A stretch of DNA of 64,000 nucleotides from Podarcis bocagei (Eukaryota): assembly GCA_964188305.1 (NCBI GenBank), contig OZ076886.1; one strand, given 5' to 3'. Shown piece after piece: positions 1-13,500 of this stretch; the first letter of the stretch is position 1, and each line of letters starts with the position of its first letter. The notes under the pieces were generated by a model. It saw nothing but the letters and a program-made list of their open reading frames with translations, had not been told where the DNA came from and searched no databases. Position numbers and translations under genes: made by a program.

Positions 1-2018
1 GCTATGAGGGTTTTTTTGTTTTTGTTTTGTTTCCCTGACACTTTTTTTCTGCTGAAAATTTTCATCCCTTAACTATCTGCAGGTAGGTGTGAAAGTTAAG
101 CAAGAAAATGACACAAAGGAAAGAATTTCTCCCAGCCTGATCTGGGTCGGGTCATTCTGATTTGGGTTAGGGAAGTGGGCTCATGTGCTTTGGGTTAAAA
201 AAATGTGGGGAATTCTAAAAAAGGGGTTCATTGATATAAAGGTAACATCTAGTTAACCTGAAGGGATACAGAGCAAGTTGCACATATACTGTCTTATAAT
301 AATCCTATATTCAGTTTACCAATTCATGACTGACAATAGGAAGATATGTAATACCGGGAAAACATTGTAGATGATTTACAGAATTAAAGGTGGCATTCAA
401 AGCAACACTAAGGGAAACGTTTCATCAGTGCTTGGATTTCTCCTTGTGTGACAGAACATTGTCTTGCTCTTCTCCCAGAGGCCCTTTAAATCTGTTCTGG
501 AGGTTTCACCAACACTCTAGAACATAATTTGGAGTGGGATAGATGGAGAAGTGGGTGAAACCCCAATTAATACTGCCCTAAGTTTCCAATCTTGAACTCT
601 ACTTAGAGAATCAGGTTTCAGTTCTTTCTACTCATTGATAGCTACTTCTGAATAAGCAGGTATAGGATTAAACTGAAAGTCCCATTAAGTTTGTGTGATG
701 AACTTCTGAAAAAACATAGGATTATGCTGTGTGATGGTAAATAGCATTCCTGACTACTGCTGCCCTTCAGAAAACCAGGAACAAAACAGGTCCTGGAGTA
801 CCTATATACTGCATACCTGCTCTCTCAGGAGGTGTGATACAACAGGTAAATCCCAGATCATTTGAATCTTCAAGCATCAGTTCCTCTGGGTTCATTTCAT
901 TTTTCAGTATCAGCTTATAACTTCATCTGAGCATTGGCTCATGGAATCCACACCTGGCTTGGATGTACAATAAAAACAAAGTTGGGTGTTGCCAATATAG
1001 TAATGATTCAAAACTATGAGTGATATGTCTCAGTACTCCATATAGATGCTAAGTGGTTGATATGTAGGCGTGTTTGTATAGTTTTTGCATTTTCAAAATA
1101 AATACAATTATTGACCTTGTAATAAAACACAGGTGCATGTTTCTGATGCTGCGGACAGTACTAGACTTTTCTATTTTTGATCACACTGCGCTGTGGAAAC
1201 CAATCAACATATTCTTTATAATGAAGTATTTAAAAATATTTAAACTATTGTGATTTGTGAACTGCTAATGCTATATGGGCAGTGAATCCCATACAATTAT
1301 AGCCTCATTCTTGGAATTATGTGAATTGATTATTGCAGTTCTGCCCTATGAAAAACAATAGGAGTTTTAAGATCGTAATCTAATACTGTACTGCGCATGG
1401 GGAGTTTCACTTGCTCAACAGGAGTTCTCCTTTCTCCTCTCATTTGAGTGCCATCCAAATTTTCTCTGGAGGACCCCCCAACCCTCTTGCTCAAATTTTG
1501 AAGGGTGGGCTGCAGGGGAGAGGAGGGGGAAGTTCCATGGTGCTAGTGGAAGTCTGTTGCGATATTGGAACAGTGGCATTGAATATGACCCTTCCAGTTT
1601 TCGTGGGAATAGGACCGCACCCTTTGTTTACTTGTTAAAAGAATGCACTTTTAGTTCTGAGCTTAAAATAGGGCTCAGGAACCCATGTTGAACTTGAATT
1701 TGTAGGTATGATGGGATTTGTAGTGCAACAATATCTAGAGGGCCACAGTTTCCCCAGCCCTGGTATGTTATGTAAATGGGGTCCTTGTGAAATGGCAGTA
1801 GCCTAATATAGCTACTGCATTTTCTCTGTTTTGTGGTATATCTTTCCTTAACCATTCTTCTTGATTCCTTAATTTACCTATTCTTCCCTTTGTTTTCCCT
1901 TTGTTTTTCTTTCCTTTTGTTGTCTTCTCTTTCAGTTTTGCCTGTACTAATACAACTGCTGAATTGGTGCTTTAAGGATTTGCCTTTTCTCAGTTTCTTT
2001 ACTTGCCTATCAGACATA

Positions 2019-2066
2019 ATGAGGAGACTGGCTTTTCGTGGTGCTGGTTGTACTCTGGTAAATCTG
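2019..2066 (+). CDS. PBRM1: PBRM1 alternative upstream coding exon (exon 2014-2066; MRRLAFRGAGCTLVNL), giving a 21-aa N-terminal extension
   Basis: Pyrimidine tract + cag at 2011-2013, ATG 2019, donor ctg|gtaatt at 2067; splices in frame to 6954 (KKLDS-MGSK); resembles recalled mammalian long isoform MRRLAFRGAGCALVKLKKLDS. Confidence 0.8.
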
Positions 2067-2629
2067 GTAATTTACTGCTAATGTGTGTGCCATTTTGTCT
2101 CTTTCACACATCTCAGGCATTTTTGTTTCATATTTGGCATGACAGATCATACTTGTTCATTTACCTCGTTCATGAGTTTTTAATTAACCTTGCTCTCAGG
2201 GGGGGGAATGCAAATGTTTAACAAAATTACTCTAGAGTAGTGATCATGAGCGGTATCCAACTAAGTTCTAATTAGAGTAGACTCATTGGGAGAAATTCAG
2301 CATTGTGCTGCAGCAATAGTTCTCTCAATGCAAGTCTTTCTACTTGTCAGATAGAACAGTCGCCCTTTCCCTGCACACTTTTCTGGGGGTTCTCTCAACT
2401 ACCACAAAACAAATTTCTGGCAGAAGACACAGAGGCCCAGTGTGCTAATGGAAGTCCTGGTGTGGGCTTTTGCTAGTGGCACTTGTTAGTTGAATCCTGT
2501 CCATTGAAACTAGTGGACACAAGTTAGTCATGCCTATCAATTTCAATGGATCTACTATGAGTAGGACTAACCGTGACTAGAGCCCAATCTTTTTTTTTCT
2601 TTTCTTTTTTAAAAGGAATGGATAATGTA

Positions 2630-2798
2630 CCGTATTTTTCGCTCTATAACACGCACCTGACCATAACACGCACGTAGTTTTTAGAGGAGGAAAATCTGTA
2701 GGCATGCCACCCGTAGGCATTCCCTCCATAACACGCACAGACCTTTCCCCTTACTTTCTAGGAGGGAAAAAGTGAGTGTTATGGTGCAAAAAATACGG
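2630..2798. mobile_element. Tc1/mariner-superfamily (pogo/Tc2-like) MITE
   Basis: TA-ccgtattttt...aaaaatacgg-TA. Confidence 0.8.
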
Positions 2799-3906
2799 TA
2801 GTTAGGGGGATGTTGTAGGTCTGAATGTGCAGTTTATTTTGTGTTAGTTACCACTTTGGAAACCAATTTTATTTTATTTTATTTTATTTGTCATTTCCAA
2901 AATTAGTGATTAGAGTTAGAATAGCACTGTGCATTGAGAGTGCTGCTATTTGTTTTTTAACGAATGAATATGGAATAATGCCTCTGGATCCTTTGTTGAT
3001 TGCTTGTTTAAGGCTGGTTTTGGTATTTTATGGAGCATCAAAATAGCATTTATACGTTGCAGAAGTAAAAACATTGGGCTAAGTTCATTGTAGTCTGAAT
3101 GATTTTCATGTTATCTGTTCTTCAGACTCTTTGAACAGTTCAGGGAAATTAGTTCTATATGTATTGCGTCCGCAGTTTGATCAAAAGACTACAAAAGAAT
3201 AGATTTTGCTTTCTTTAAACGTGGAGGTTGTTCCTTCTGTTTCAACTGTGCATTCTTCATGTTAACCATTAATACTCTTTGAAAAATTAGTTGTTTTAGC
3301 ATTTGGAGGAAGTTAAGAAGGAAATATGTATAGATAGACCCTTCCAACATTGTTTTCAACATAAAGCCACAGTGCTTCTATTTTTAAAAACCTTGTCTGT
3401 TAGGCAAATTTGTGGAGGATAAGGCTAGCCATGCCCACAAGTCTTGAAGGCATATTATTTTAAGTATTGGAGGCAGTAAATAGGCCTTTGAATTTCTGTT
3501 GCTGGTGGTCAGAAGTGGGATAGTGTTACTGTGCTCATGTCCTGCTTTGTTTGGTTGGCCACTGTGAGAACAAAATTTTGCACTAAATAGGCAGGGTTCT
3601 CCTGACTGGTGCACTCTCCAGGAAACTTCCATTTGACGTGGCTTTCTGTGGCATGTCTGACATAATTATTCCAATCCAGAGAAAGTTAGTAATACTTGTC
3701 AGCACAATCATAACCATGTCTTCTTAGAAGTACTGTATGTTCTGTTGAATACAGTGGGTCTTAATCAGTGTTAGAAATCCCCTAGGCCTGGGTCCAGTTC
3801 CAACCACATGGAGATCTCTGGATACCAGGTTGGTGACTGACATCTCCATCTGGCTAGCTTCTCCAGCTTTATTAAGCAGGTAAGCATAAGAGATTGTTTA
3901 TGGCAT

Positions 3907-4095
3907 TTATATCCCACCCTTTTCTCCAAGGAGTACATGGTTCACCTCCCTCCTCAGTTAATCTCTACAATAACCCTGTGAGGTAGGGTAAGAGGCTGTG
4001 AATGGCCCAAGGTTATCCAGTGAGCTTCATGACTGAGTGGGGATTTGAACCCTGATCTCCCAGGTCCAACACACTAACCACTACACCACACTGGC
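3907..4095 (-). mobile_element. tRNA-derived (MIR/core-like) squamate SINE
   Basis: A-box/B-box remnants on - (gtggtgtagtggttag; ggttcaaatcc), accctgtgaggtagg core. Confidence 0.7.
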
Positions 4096-4145
4096 TTCTA
4101 CTTTTGCTAAGGGACAGCTATATAAATTAAGTAGGTAAATAAGTA

Positions 4146-4406
4146 CAGTGGTACCTCGCAAGACAAATGCCTCGCAAGACGAGAAACGCGCAAGACGAAA
4201 GAGTTTTCCGTTTTTTGAGTTGTTCCGCAAGACGAATTTCCCTATGGGCTTGCTTCGCAAGACGAAACGTCTTGCAAGTTCTTGCGAGTTTGTTTCCTTT
4301 TTCTTAAAGCCGCTAAGCCGTTAATAGCCGTGCTTCGCAAGACGAAAAAACCACAAGACGAAGAGACTCGCGGAATGGATTAATTTCGTCTTGCGAGGCA
4401 CCACTG
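4146..4406. mobile_element. Tigger-like MITE with internal cgcaagacga repeats
   Basis: TA-cagtggtacctcgcaagac...gtcttgcgaggcaccactg-TA. Confidence 0.85.
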
Positions 4407-4836
4407 TATAGGGAAAGCAAAATGTCACTTAGAGAAGGATCTGAAATATTTTCCTTGAAGCTTGAATTTGTTTTATTCTGGATTGGTTTTTCCCCTGGAT
4501 TGTTTTATTGGATGTTTTGAGGTGTTGTAAAACACTTTGAGATTCTTTCTTTAAAATATAAAGTATTATAGAAATGAAATTAATAACAACAGCAACAACG
4601 ACAACAACAAATCCCACCGCAAAAAAGGTGCCTAGCTATTCTGTTGTAGTGACTGTAACCCAGGTTTAAGGTGCCATTTAGCAATTAGCTGATATATCTG
4701 AGTTTCTAACACTGGTCTTAATCCCAGGTAAACAGGATTAGAATTGCAGCCTAAATCTTGTTGAAATCAATAGTGTGAGATAATTATGACTCACTTGTCC
4801 TCTGTTGATTTTATAGGATCTTAAGTGCTTTTTCTA

Positions 4837-4894
4837 GATCAGGACTTATGTGAAAAATAGTCCTGATCAGGACTTATGTGAAAAATAGTCCTGA
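4837..4894. repeat. Perfect 28-bp tandem duplication
   Basis: gatcaggacttatgtgaaaaatagtcct x2. Confidence 0.95.
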
Positions 4895-5252
4895 GGGACG
4901 GGTTACATGTTGTTTGGGCTTACCTTGGTAAGACCTCCTTCTTCCTGCAGTAACATTTAGAAGTTCTTACTATGTGACACATTCTCACGTTTCTCTACCC
5001 CAAGTCCATATAGCTGACTATATATGGTGGGTGAGGTAAATGTGCCGTTTGATGTGGTTTCGTGTGGTAAGCGCTTTAGATATTACTGAAAGGATGGGAA
5101 AGGCCATGGGGATGCAGTTTGGGTGTAGTATGTCATCTTATTCTGCGTTATTCCACTATCACTAACTAAGGTAACAATACTGGTGATTTTGAATAATATT
5201 TTCTTTTCAAGATCTTGAGAGAGCTTTTTGTAAGTACTAGATTAGTTTAGAT

Positions 5253-5483
5253 CAGGCACATCCAACTCCAAAGAGACTGCGATCTACTCCCACTATAAAA
5301 AAACTGGCAGTGATTTACCCATTGTCATTGCCAAGAGCTGTTGAACTTTTTTGTGGAGGGAGGTCAGAGTTGTTGAGATTTGGGGGGGAATCAGGAGAAC
5401 CACAGAAACCGGATCCCGTGATTGACCTAGAACATCCCCCCCCATTGAACAGCACATCATGATTGACCTGTTGGACATTCCAG
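5253..5483. mobile_element. Non-autonomous hAT element (same family as 23371, opposite orientation)
   Basis: 8-bp TSD gtttagat; TIR caggcacatccaac. Confidence 0.8.
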
Positions 5484-5806
5484 GTTTAGATAATGGATTA
5501 TTATGTCCAACCCTCCAGAACAGATTTAGGCCGGGGGGGTGCAGGAGGGTGGAGAGGAGGGCGACATTGTTGGATGTCACTCAGTATTTTTTAAATTCAT
5601 TGTAAATTTTCTGATTTTTTAACACTTTTAGCTGTAAAAGTTGTGGTCCTTGAAGTCACCATCATGTACTGTGGTCAGAGACACCTGCCTGGACCTGCAA
5701 AAATAGATTAATTGCTCTTGCCAGATTGAGATGATGTCTAGTGACCCACAAACTGTGTATATTCACTTTACTATTATTATTAATATTAAAAAATGTCTAA
5801 ACAGAA

Positions 5807-5908
5807 TTGGGCCATAATGTAGTTGTTTAGAAAAAAAAATGTTTATACTAATGATTGTGGGCCATAATGTAGTTGTTTAGAAAAAAATGTTCGCACTAAA
5901 AATTGTGG
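5807..5908. repeat. Imperfect ~50-bp tandem duplication
   Basis: gggccataatgtagttgtttagaaaaaaaatgtt...ta.. x2. Confidence 0.85.
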
Positions 5909-5913
5909 TAGTA

Positions 5914-6087
5914 TAGTTGTACCTTGGTTCTCGAACATAGGTGCAGGAGCTTCCTGCACTCAATCAGAAGCTGCGTTGGACGTTTGGGTTCCAAAGAACG
6001 TTCGAAAACCAGAACACTTCTGGGTTTTCGGCGTTTGGGAGCCAAAACATATGCGTATCAAGGCGTTCAGGAACCAAGGTACGACTG
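5914..6087. mobile_element. Tigger-like MITE (same family as 33790 and 36201)
   Basis: TIR gtaccttggttc / gaaccaaggtacgactg, TA flanks. Confidence 0.8.
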
Positions 6088-6968
6088 TATAGGTTTTACA
6101 CATTTTTCTTACATTCTTTTTAAGTTGGGGGTGTGTGACATTTTTCATTCAGAATTGATGCTGTCATTGGATCAGTAACTAAGAAGAGAGAGGTTTTGTT
6201 GTGGCTACCCTATGAGCTATTTGGTCTTGGGACCAGTAGTAGATGGCATGATTCAAAGTGAATCAATCATTTTGCTGCCTTGCCCCTCTCCCTCCAGATA
6301 AGCAGTAGTGACTCACTTGCCAGGAGGTTAGGTAAGTGCCTCTGCCTTTGACCCAGCACACTGCCTGCTGCAGCTTGGGACCATTCTCTAGTATAGAGAG
6401 ATATGAAAGCCCAGCGGTTGGGGCAGGGGGAAATAGGGGAGCTGGATTTCCCTCTGTGTTCTGTACTTTTTCTGGGCCTTCACATCTTCTCTAGCATTCT
6501 CAAAGGCTGCAGGCCACAGTAAAATTTGTAATTGACTTTGCAGCCTTGTCTGAACCGTTAAGTAAAAAAGCAAACAAAAATAGATTTTCATGGTTATCTC
6601 TGCTTCTGCTTAGAGTATCAGCGATACATGCAATAAAATCTGTATTACATATAGGAACGCTGCATCAGAATTGGTACTCTCACATATGTCTTGACTCATT
6701 ACTTCATTATGTTTTTGTCATCCATACACCTTGATATTACAGTGATGACTTGGCTTAAGTAAAACCACACTAAATGGATTGCTTTGTTGGGCAAGCTTGC
6801 AGAATGTTGGTCAAGAGTTTAGCTGTGTAGCATCAAAAAGTGTCACTATCTCAATTATGTAGAATTCAGAAGAACTTTAGGTTCCACTTCTTGTCACCCT
6901 GTGAGTGACAGGATAGAAAGCCTCATGTTTAAGAGCGCTTTTTTTAATTATAGAAGAAGTTGGATTCC

Positions 6969-7106
6969 ATGGGTTCCAAGAGGCGAAGGGCTACCTCTCC
7001 TTCCAGTAGTGCCAGTGGAGATTTTGATGATGGCCACCACTCCACAACTACACCAGGCCCAAGCAGGAAGAGGAGAAGACTCTCCAACCTCCCTACCGTT
7101 GATCCT
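6969..7106 (+). CDS. PBRM1: PBRM1 coding exon 1 (exon starts 6954)
   Basis: [24 protein letters not shown]...SNLPTVDP; donor gtaagt 7107. Confidence 0.97.
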
Positions 7107-7551
7107 GTAAGTATTTTTTAAATGTCATGCTACCATGGAAATAGACTGAATACACGACTGCTATTCTTTTACAAAGAAGTTGAAATATAACTTATCTCCT
7201 AGATTTTTCTCAATGCTTCCATAGCCCAAAGCAAGTAGAGTGGCTAAGAACATGTGCTGTAAGACTAGTGTTACCACTTAAAATCTTAGCTCAGTTTTGA
7301 ATTCACCAGGTAGTTTAATCCAAGTTGTTGCCCTTCATCCTCAGCCTCTCATCTATAATATGGAGAATCTAATGCAGTCTGTATAGGGTTCTTGTAAGGA
7401 GACCAAGGATGTGTATTAAACATTTTTACCACTTCGGAAAAAGCATTGTATCAATATTTAGTTTTACCGCAATTTGGGTCTTACTTGTTGAGAGCTGCCC
7501 AGAGTGGCTGTGGCAATCCAGTCGATTGGGCAGCATATAAATTTATTATTA

Positions 7552-7599
<48 letters not shown>

Positions 7600-10500
7600 C
7601 TTGGCTTTGTGTTTTAGATCGCTGTATGCCATGAATTATACAACACAATCAGAGATTACAAAGATGAACAAGGGAGGCTTCTATGTGAGCTTTTCATTAG
7701 GGCCCCCAAACGAAGGTAAGCGTGTAAGATTTGTTGATAAGAAAACTAAGGTAAGGCTGCCATTGCAAGAGCTATTGAGTTTTAATTTGTGCAAGTACAA
7801 TCATATACTTAGAAGTGTGGAAATGCCTACCCCATCCTCCCCAGTGCGCCCCCTGCTCCCCAGAAGACCTTTTACACTAGCTGCCTCCACTCCACATCCC
7901 AGGTCATTTCTGAGTGTAACTTAGCTCCCAGAACATGTTTTGTTGTACTGTATCAGGGTCTGCAATGCGGAAAAGGGCAGAGGACTTCCTTTTGCAAATA
8001 TCCTTTCCTTTTCAGTTTACTACTCACTTTAAAGATTGGAAAGTTTTATGTGTTGTGTCATCCTTTAGCATACTGTATAGTAATACGTTTAACTCTTTGT
8101 ACTATGTGCTTCAAAGCTTCTGATGTACAGCTGAATTTAGATTTTGTTTCTTTTGTGGTTTCAGCTTTTTTGACAGTGCAATTTTTTGGGGGGGAGCAAA
8201 AAATTAACGACATAGCTGTTACCCAGAAGAATTCATTGGATTATGGGCAGCTAACCTCTGGCTCTCCAGATGCTGTTGGACTCCCCAGCCTGCATAGTCA
8301 GTGGTTGGAGGTGATAGGAGTTGTGGTCCAACAACGTGCGGAGGGCTTCAGATTAGCCATACTTGCATTGGAGAAAAAGTTGGCTTTTGTGACTGTGTTA
8401 ACTTTGAATTTTTGCATAAAACCTTAAGGTGTATTATGACGGAGTTGCATTGCTGTGAAAAATATAGGGTAATGGCCAGATATGCTTAGAATAAAGCTCT
8501 TATCAGCCCCAGGATGCATGGGCAGTGGTCAGGGTTTATAGACCAACAACATCTGGAGAGCCACAAGTTAGCCACCTTGGAGTGAAGTGGTGTTTGTTTA
8601 ACTGTATTTTAATGTTTTTCAAATTGTGTTCATAGTGTATTTAACTATCAATTTGCAGTAGCGTGTATGAAAGTTTGGGTATTGCTAGATGCTGCACATT
8701 TGCTTACATTAACTGCATTTTCAATAACTCTGTTCTTACAATAGAAACCAGCCAGATTACTATGAAGTGGTTTCTCAGCCTATTGATTTAATGAAAATCC
8801 AACAGAAGCTAAAAATGGAGGAATATGATGATGTGAACGTGCTAACTGCTGACTTCCAGCTGTTATTTAATAATGCAAAATCATATTATAAGGTGACAAA
8901 ATCTTTTGTTTTGAAAGTCATCATTTGCACATTGTGTCCCTCAGTTGTGTTTTAATGGAGTCCAAAACTCATTTACCTTCTCTACTGTACTGCTGATTCT
9001 GTGAAGTTTCCTCATAGTGTATACCATATATACTTTACGGAAATTATTTTTAAGTTCTGCCTTTGTTCTCATTTGTAGCATAGTTTTAACTGATGGAATT
9101 GTTCTTTCATTTGATAAATGTTAAAAGTGACATAAAAATTATTGATTAACAAAGGTTCTTTTGGGGTTTTTTAACACAGCCAGACTCCCCTGAATATAAG
9201 GCTGCCTGTAAATTGTGGGATTTATATATACGCACAAAAAACGAGTTTGTTCAGAAGGGAGATCCTGACGATGACGATGATGACGACGAGGGCCATGACA
9301 ATCAAGGGACAATTTCTGAAATAGTAAGTGTGAGCTTTACCAGCTACGTATAAGCATTTCAAATGCAAAAGTGCACCTGCCCTATTGCAATTAAACCTGT
9401 AACAATACCTAAATGTAGCATAACTCAAATGATAACAAATTGCTTCCCTTATTTCCCTGTTTGCCCCTGCCATTCCCCTGAATCTGCCAGTATTTTAGTT
9501 TGTAAACTCCCTGACTGGGTATTCAGTAATCTGTTATGAACACTGGTGGCACTGCATCAGTAATAAGAGAGCCATGCTATAAGTAGCATATTGTTTTTTC
9601 CTTAGTTACTAAATTGTCTACCAAAAGGATTATGTTATACAGTATATGTTTATATATTTATTTTTATTAATCTCTTCCATTTATATCCTGCTCTTCAGTG
9701 ACCAGCTGTAAATGTAATCATACATTAAAGCATGCTGCCAGATAGTTTCCTTTTGTACGCACAGTATAAGTTAAAACATTAAGGTACTTTTTTTGTAAAC
9801 ATTTAAGTATTAATACATTATTAAACCTGGTTGAAAACACATTGCGATCTTGTTTTATTTTTTCTAAAATGTATGCCCCCGCCAGACTAGCTAACAGCAG
9901 ATTAGTAACTGTTTATGTCTTTACTGCTTTTCCTTAATTTGTAAAAGAAAAAACCTGTATTTCTTCAACCAGTACCAGTAGAAGCCAGCAGCAAATACCC
10001 GGTCCTAAGCATTTTAAATCATTTTACAATATCATTTTTGTGCCAGTCTTCTCCAGGTTATTTAAAAGAAATTCTGGAACAGCTTCTTGGAGCCGTAGTT
10101 GTAGCCACAAACCCATCAGGCCATCTCATCAGTGAGCTTTTTCAGAAGCTTCCCTCTAAAGTGGTGAGTAATAATGCTGAACTTTTAATGTAAACCGAAG
10201 GCTTTCCCCATTCAAATTAAAGTTGGACAGTAGTTCTGTTTGGGCTGCACCATCAAGCTCATGAGTCTTATATACTTAATGATACAGACTAGTCGTAAAG
10301 CAGTCTATGCCAGCAAAACCAGAATAACACACTGTCAACTCATAATACCAGTTCAAGAAATCATTACTGTACAGAGGCTGTGCATCCCAGGTACAGGATC
10401 TTGCAAGGAGGTTTCACTGGGACTGCCGAGTAAAAGTGTTGGGATCAGAGATGAGAAACTGTGTATATGTGTATACACACATATATAATCTTAGATTCAT

Positions 10501-13500
10501 AGAATCTTAGAGTTGGAAGGGACCCAAAGGTAATCTTGTCCAATCCCCTGCAATGGAGGAATCCAGGAGAGTCCACCACCTCTCGTAGGAGACTATTTCA
10601 CTGCCGAACAACTCTTACAGTCATAAAGTTTTTTCGAATGTTTAGTCGGAATCTCCTTTCTTGTAACTTGAAGCCATTGATTCGAGTCCTACCCTCAAGG
10701 GCAGGAGAAAACAAGCTTGCTCCCTCTTCCATGGGGCAGCCCTTAAGATATGTGAAGATGGCTAATCATATCGCACACACAAACTGTTTAAATGATACAC
10801 TATGCTGTACAAGAACTATTATCCACGCATATAGTAGTTCAGATTGTGTGCCTACACTGTTTTTAGGAAGCCCCTTTCTTACAATATAATACTAAGTATT
10901 TTGCTTTTAAAAAATCTGTTTAAGTGTGATTTACTTTCTAGTAAATGTCATTAGGATTGTAGCTGTCAGGCGGTGTAGTGGTTGCTGACGAGTAACCAGG
11001 CAGGACTCGGACCTGTCTCTGGCATGTTTTTATTGGTACAAACTATTTACAGTGCAGGACCAGAAAGTTCATGTCCGTCTCAATCACTTGCAGATTCCGG
11101 GAGTGGCCCCTTCCAGTTTCCCCTCCAGCATAAGAACTTAGGCACCCCAAATCTCCACCTTCCCTCCTTGTGTTTCACCCCTCGGCGTAAACTGAGCGAC
11201 GGTGGCCGGCTGGGCTAGGTGAGGCGCTTGGGCTCTCAGTAGCATCTTTGAGCCCTCCCCTCGCTTGGCTTTCCCATTCTGCCTCTGCTCCACTGGAGAT
11301 GTGGCTTTCCCCATGCTTCTCAGAAGCGTGGGCGGCTCTCTGTTTTCCCATGCCTCACTCCCCTGTTCCGATAGCAACTCCCTGACAGTAGCCCTAGTTG
11401 GGAAGGTTCTGTTGAAACTGGTGATAGGATGGTTGATAGATCACTGTTTATGCTTATTTCAGATGGAATTAATTTTGTTTTTCAGCAATATCCTGACTAT
11501 TATGCAATAATTAAAGAGCCCATAGATCTGAAGACTATTGCCCAGCGAATACAGGTGCCGTACAACTTTTGGGGTCACTTTTATAAAAGCGATTTAGCAA
11601 ATTTAAAAGTAAATATATATGGAAATGAATGTTAAAGCAATATTTTGGTTTTCTGGGGGCAAAAGTATGTTTAGGTTAATGGTATTACTTGTGCATTTTG
11701 GGACTTAACTGAAATTATTCATTTATGTCACTAGAGTAGTGACAATCACTGATCAAGTAGACTGGTTTAGACTAAGCAGTATAGGTTTAATAGACCATTG
11801 TTTATTTAAGCTGAGAAGGAATGTTTTGTCCACGTGATCATTGTCCTTTACTCATCTTATGCAGTTGGTGCTTCTGTCATAGCTTTTTTTTTTTACACCA
11901 CTGTTTTGCATTCCTTTTTAACTCATTTAATCTTTATTTACTAACCAGGATAGCTGGTGTTAAACCACAGTTTCCCAGTATTTGGCATCGCACAGAGTAG
12001 GAAACTATGGTTTAAACAAGCTGCAGTAGACACCCTGAAAATTGTACACAAGCGGAATGAGGTTTGCGAGCATGACACTCATTTTCTCGTTAAATTAACC
12101 ATTACTTATTAAGCCAAGGTCATTACATCTGAACTGGTTTTGGTACAACAGTTCATTTATGGCTGCTTCAGACAGTAGTCATTTCATGTGATTTATTGGA
12201 CCTAATCTACGCGCTGCTTTGTGTACCATGATTTCCCACACAGTAGTTGCTCCCACGTGATAACGACGACAAACTTGACAGAACCACAAAGAGGTTGAAC
12301 TGCAACCTTTTACAATAATAAATAAAATTAATGGATACATAATATGTTCCATTTTTTGTTCTTAGAATGGAAGTTATAAAAGCATTCATGCAATGGCCAA
12401 GGACATAGACCTGTTAGTTAAGAATGCCAAAACTTACAACGAACCTGGGTCTCAAGTATTCAAGGTAAAGTAACTTAGCATTTTAATATGAAGTGTTTTA
12501 TTCAAATGCATTTATCAGGTTTTGGAACAGTAAGATCTGTAATGATCAGTGCAGTTCTGAGTTAGGGACAGGGGAGGATACGAAATGGTGGATTCGCTGC
12601 CATTTCCAAAATCATGGTGCCATGCACCAGCCAGGCTGAAATGCAGGGGGTGGATTTTTACCTCTGTTTTTGCCCCCACTTAATTTTTTATCTCATTCCA
12701 CTCTCCAAAACTTAGTTCCAAAGGGGAAAATTTTTGAATGCCAATTTCAAGTCTGTAGGGATGTGGGAGACATTTCTGGGGGTTCTCTGGAGATTGAAGG
12801 GGTTGCGCCTGACAGATCCAAGGCTTGCCCCATTTTAGGGGGGTTAATGTCACCTATAGCTGGCAAGGATACTGCCAGTGGAAGATTCATGCCGTGGAAG
12901 AATCATGCTGTGGAATTTTCTGTTGACCTAACAGGAGCCTGTACTGTAGGTGTGGCCTTTCCCACAACAGAGAAGCAACATAAATATTGATATTTTTCCT
13001 TTCCTTTCTTTATGAAAAGTTTTTAGCTAAATGAATTTATCTTACATATTGTTTAAATACAGTTTCAAGGAGCATTCGTCCGTAAATACTGATGATGTCA
13101 TCTTTAGCCTTTAAGAATAAATAAATAAAATACATTTTCAATTTATTAACAGGATGCAAATGCAATAAAGAAAATATTTAATATGAAGAAAGCAGAAATT
13201 GAGCATTCTGAACTGACCAAATCAAGTCTCCGAATCAGGTACCGTGGGCAGAATGAAAGTTACTCAAGTTTTCTCTTTACTTTAGAAAAACAATCTACAG
13301 AGAAATATTAGCTCAAATTAACTCATGTTATATATTATTCTATTTGGTTTCAAATATCTCTGACCCTAACTTGTGGAGAAGCAGCTGGATCTGGAAATCA
13401 TACAGCCAGTTTCTTCATTTGTTAATGAACATAGATTTTCACAACCATCTGAGTCATTGGAAAGGTTTGTGTTGGGACTCTGCTGAACAGGCCAGACACC

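Noticed and set aside
4146-4406. Recurring cgcaagacgaaa units resembling a repeat-spacer array
   Set aside because: Irregular spacing and mixed orientation inside TIR/TA-bounded MITE; eukaryotic DNA, not CRISPR
1-6950. GNL3 exons or its intronic snoRNAs, expected upstream of PBRM1
   Set aside because: No CpG island, GNL3 coding sequence or convincing C/D-box structure seen; the PBRM1 promoter probably lies left of the window
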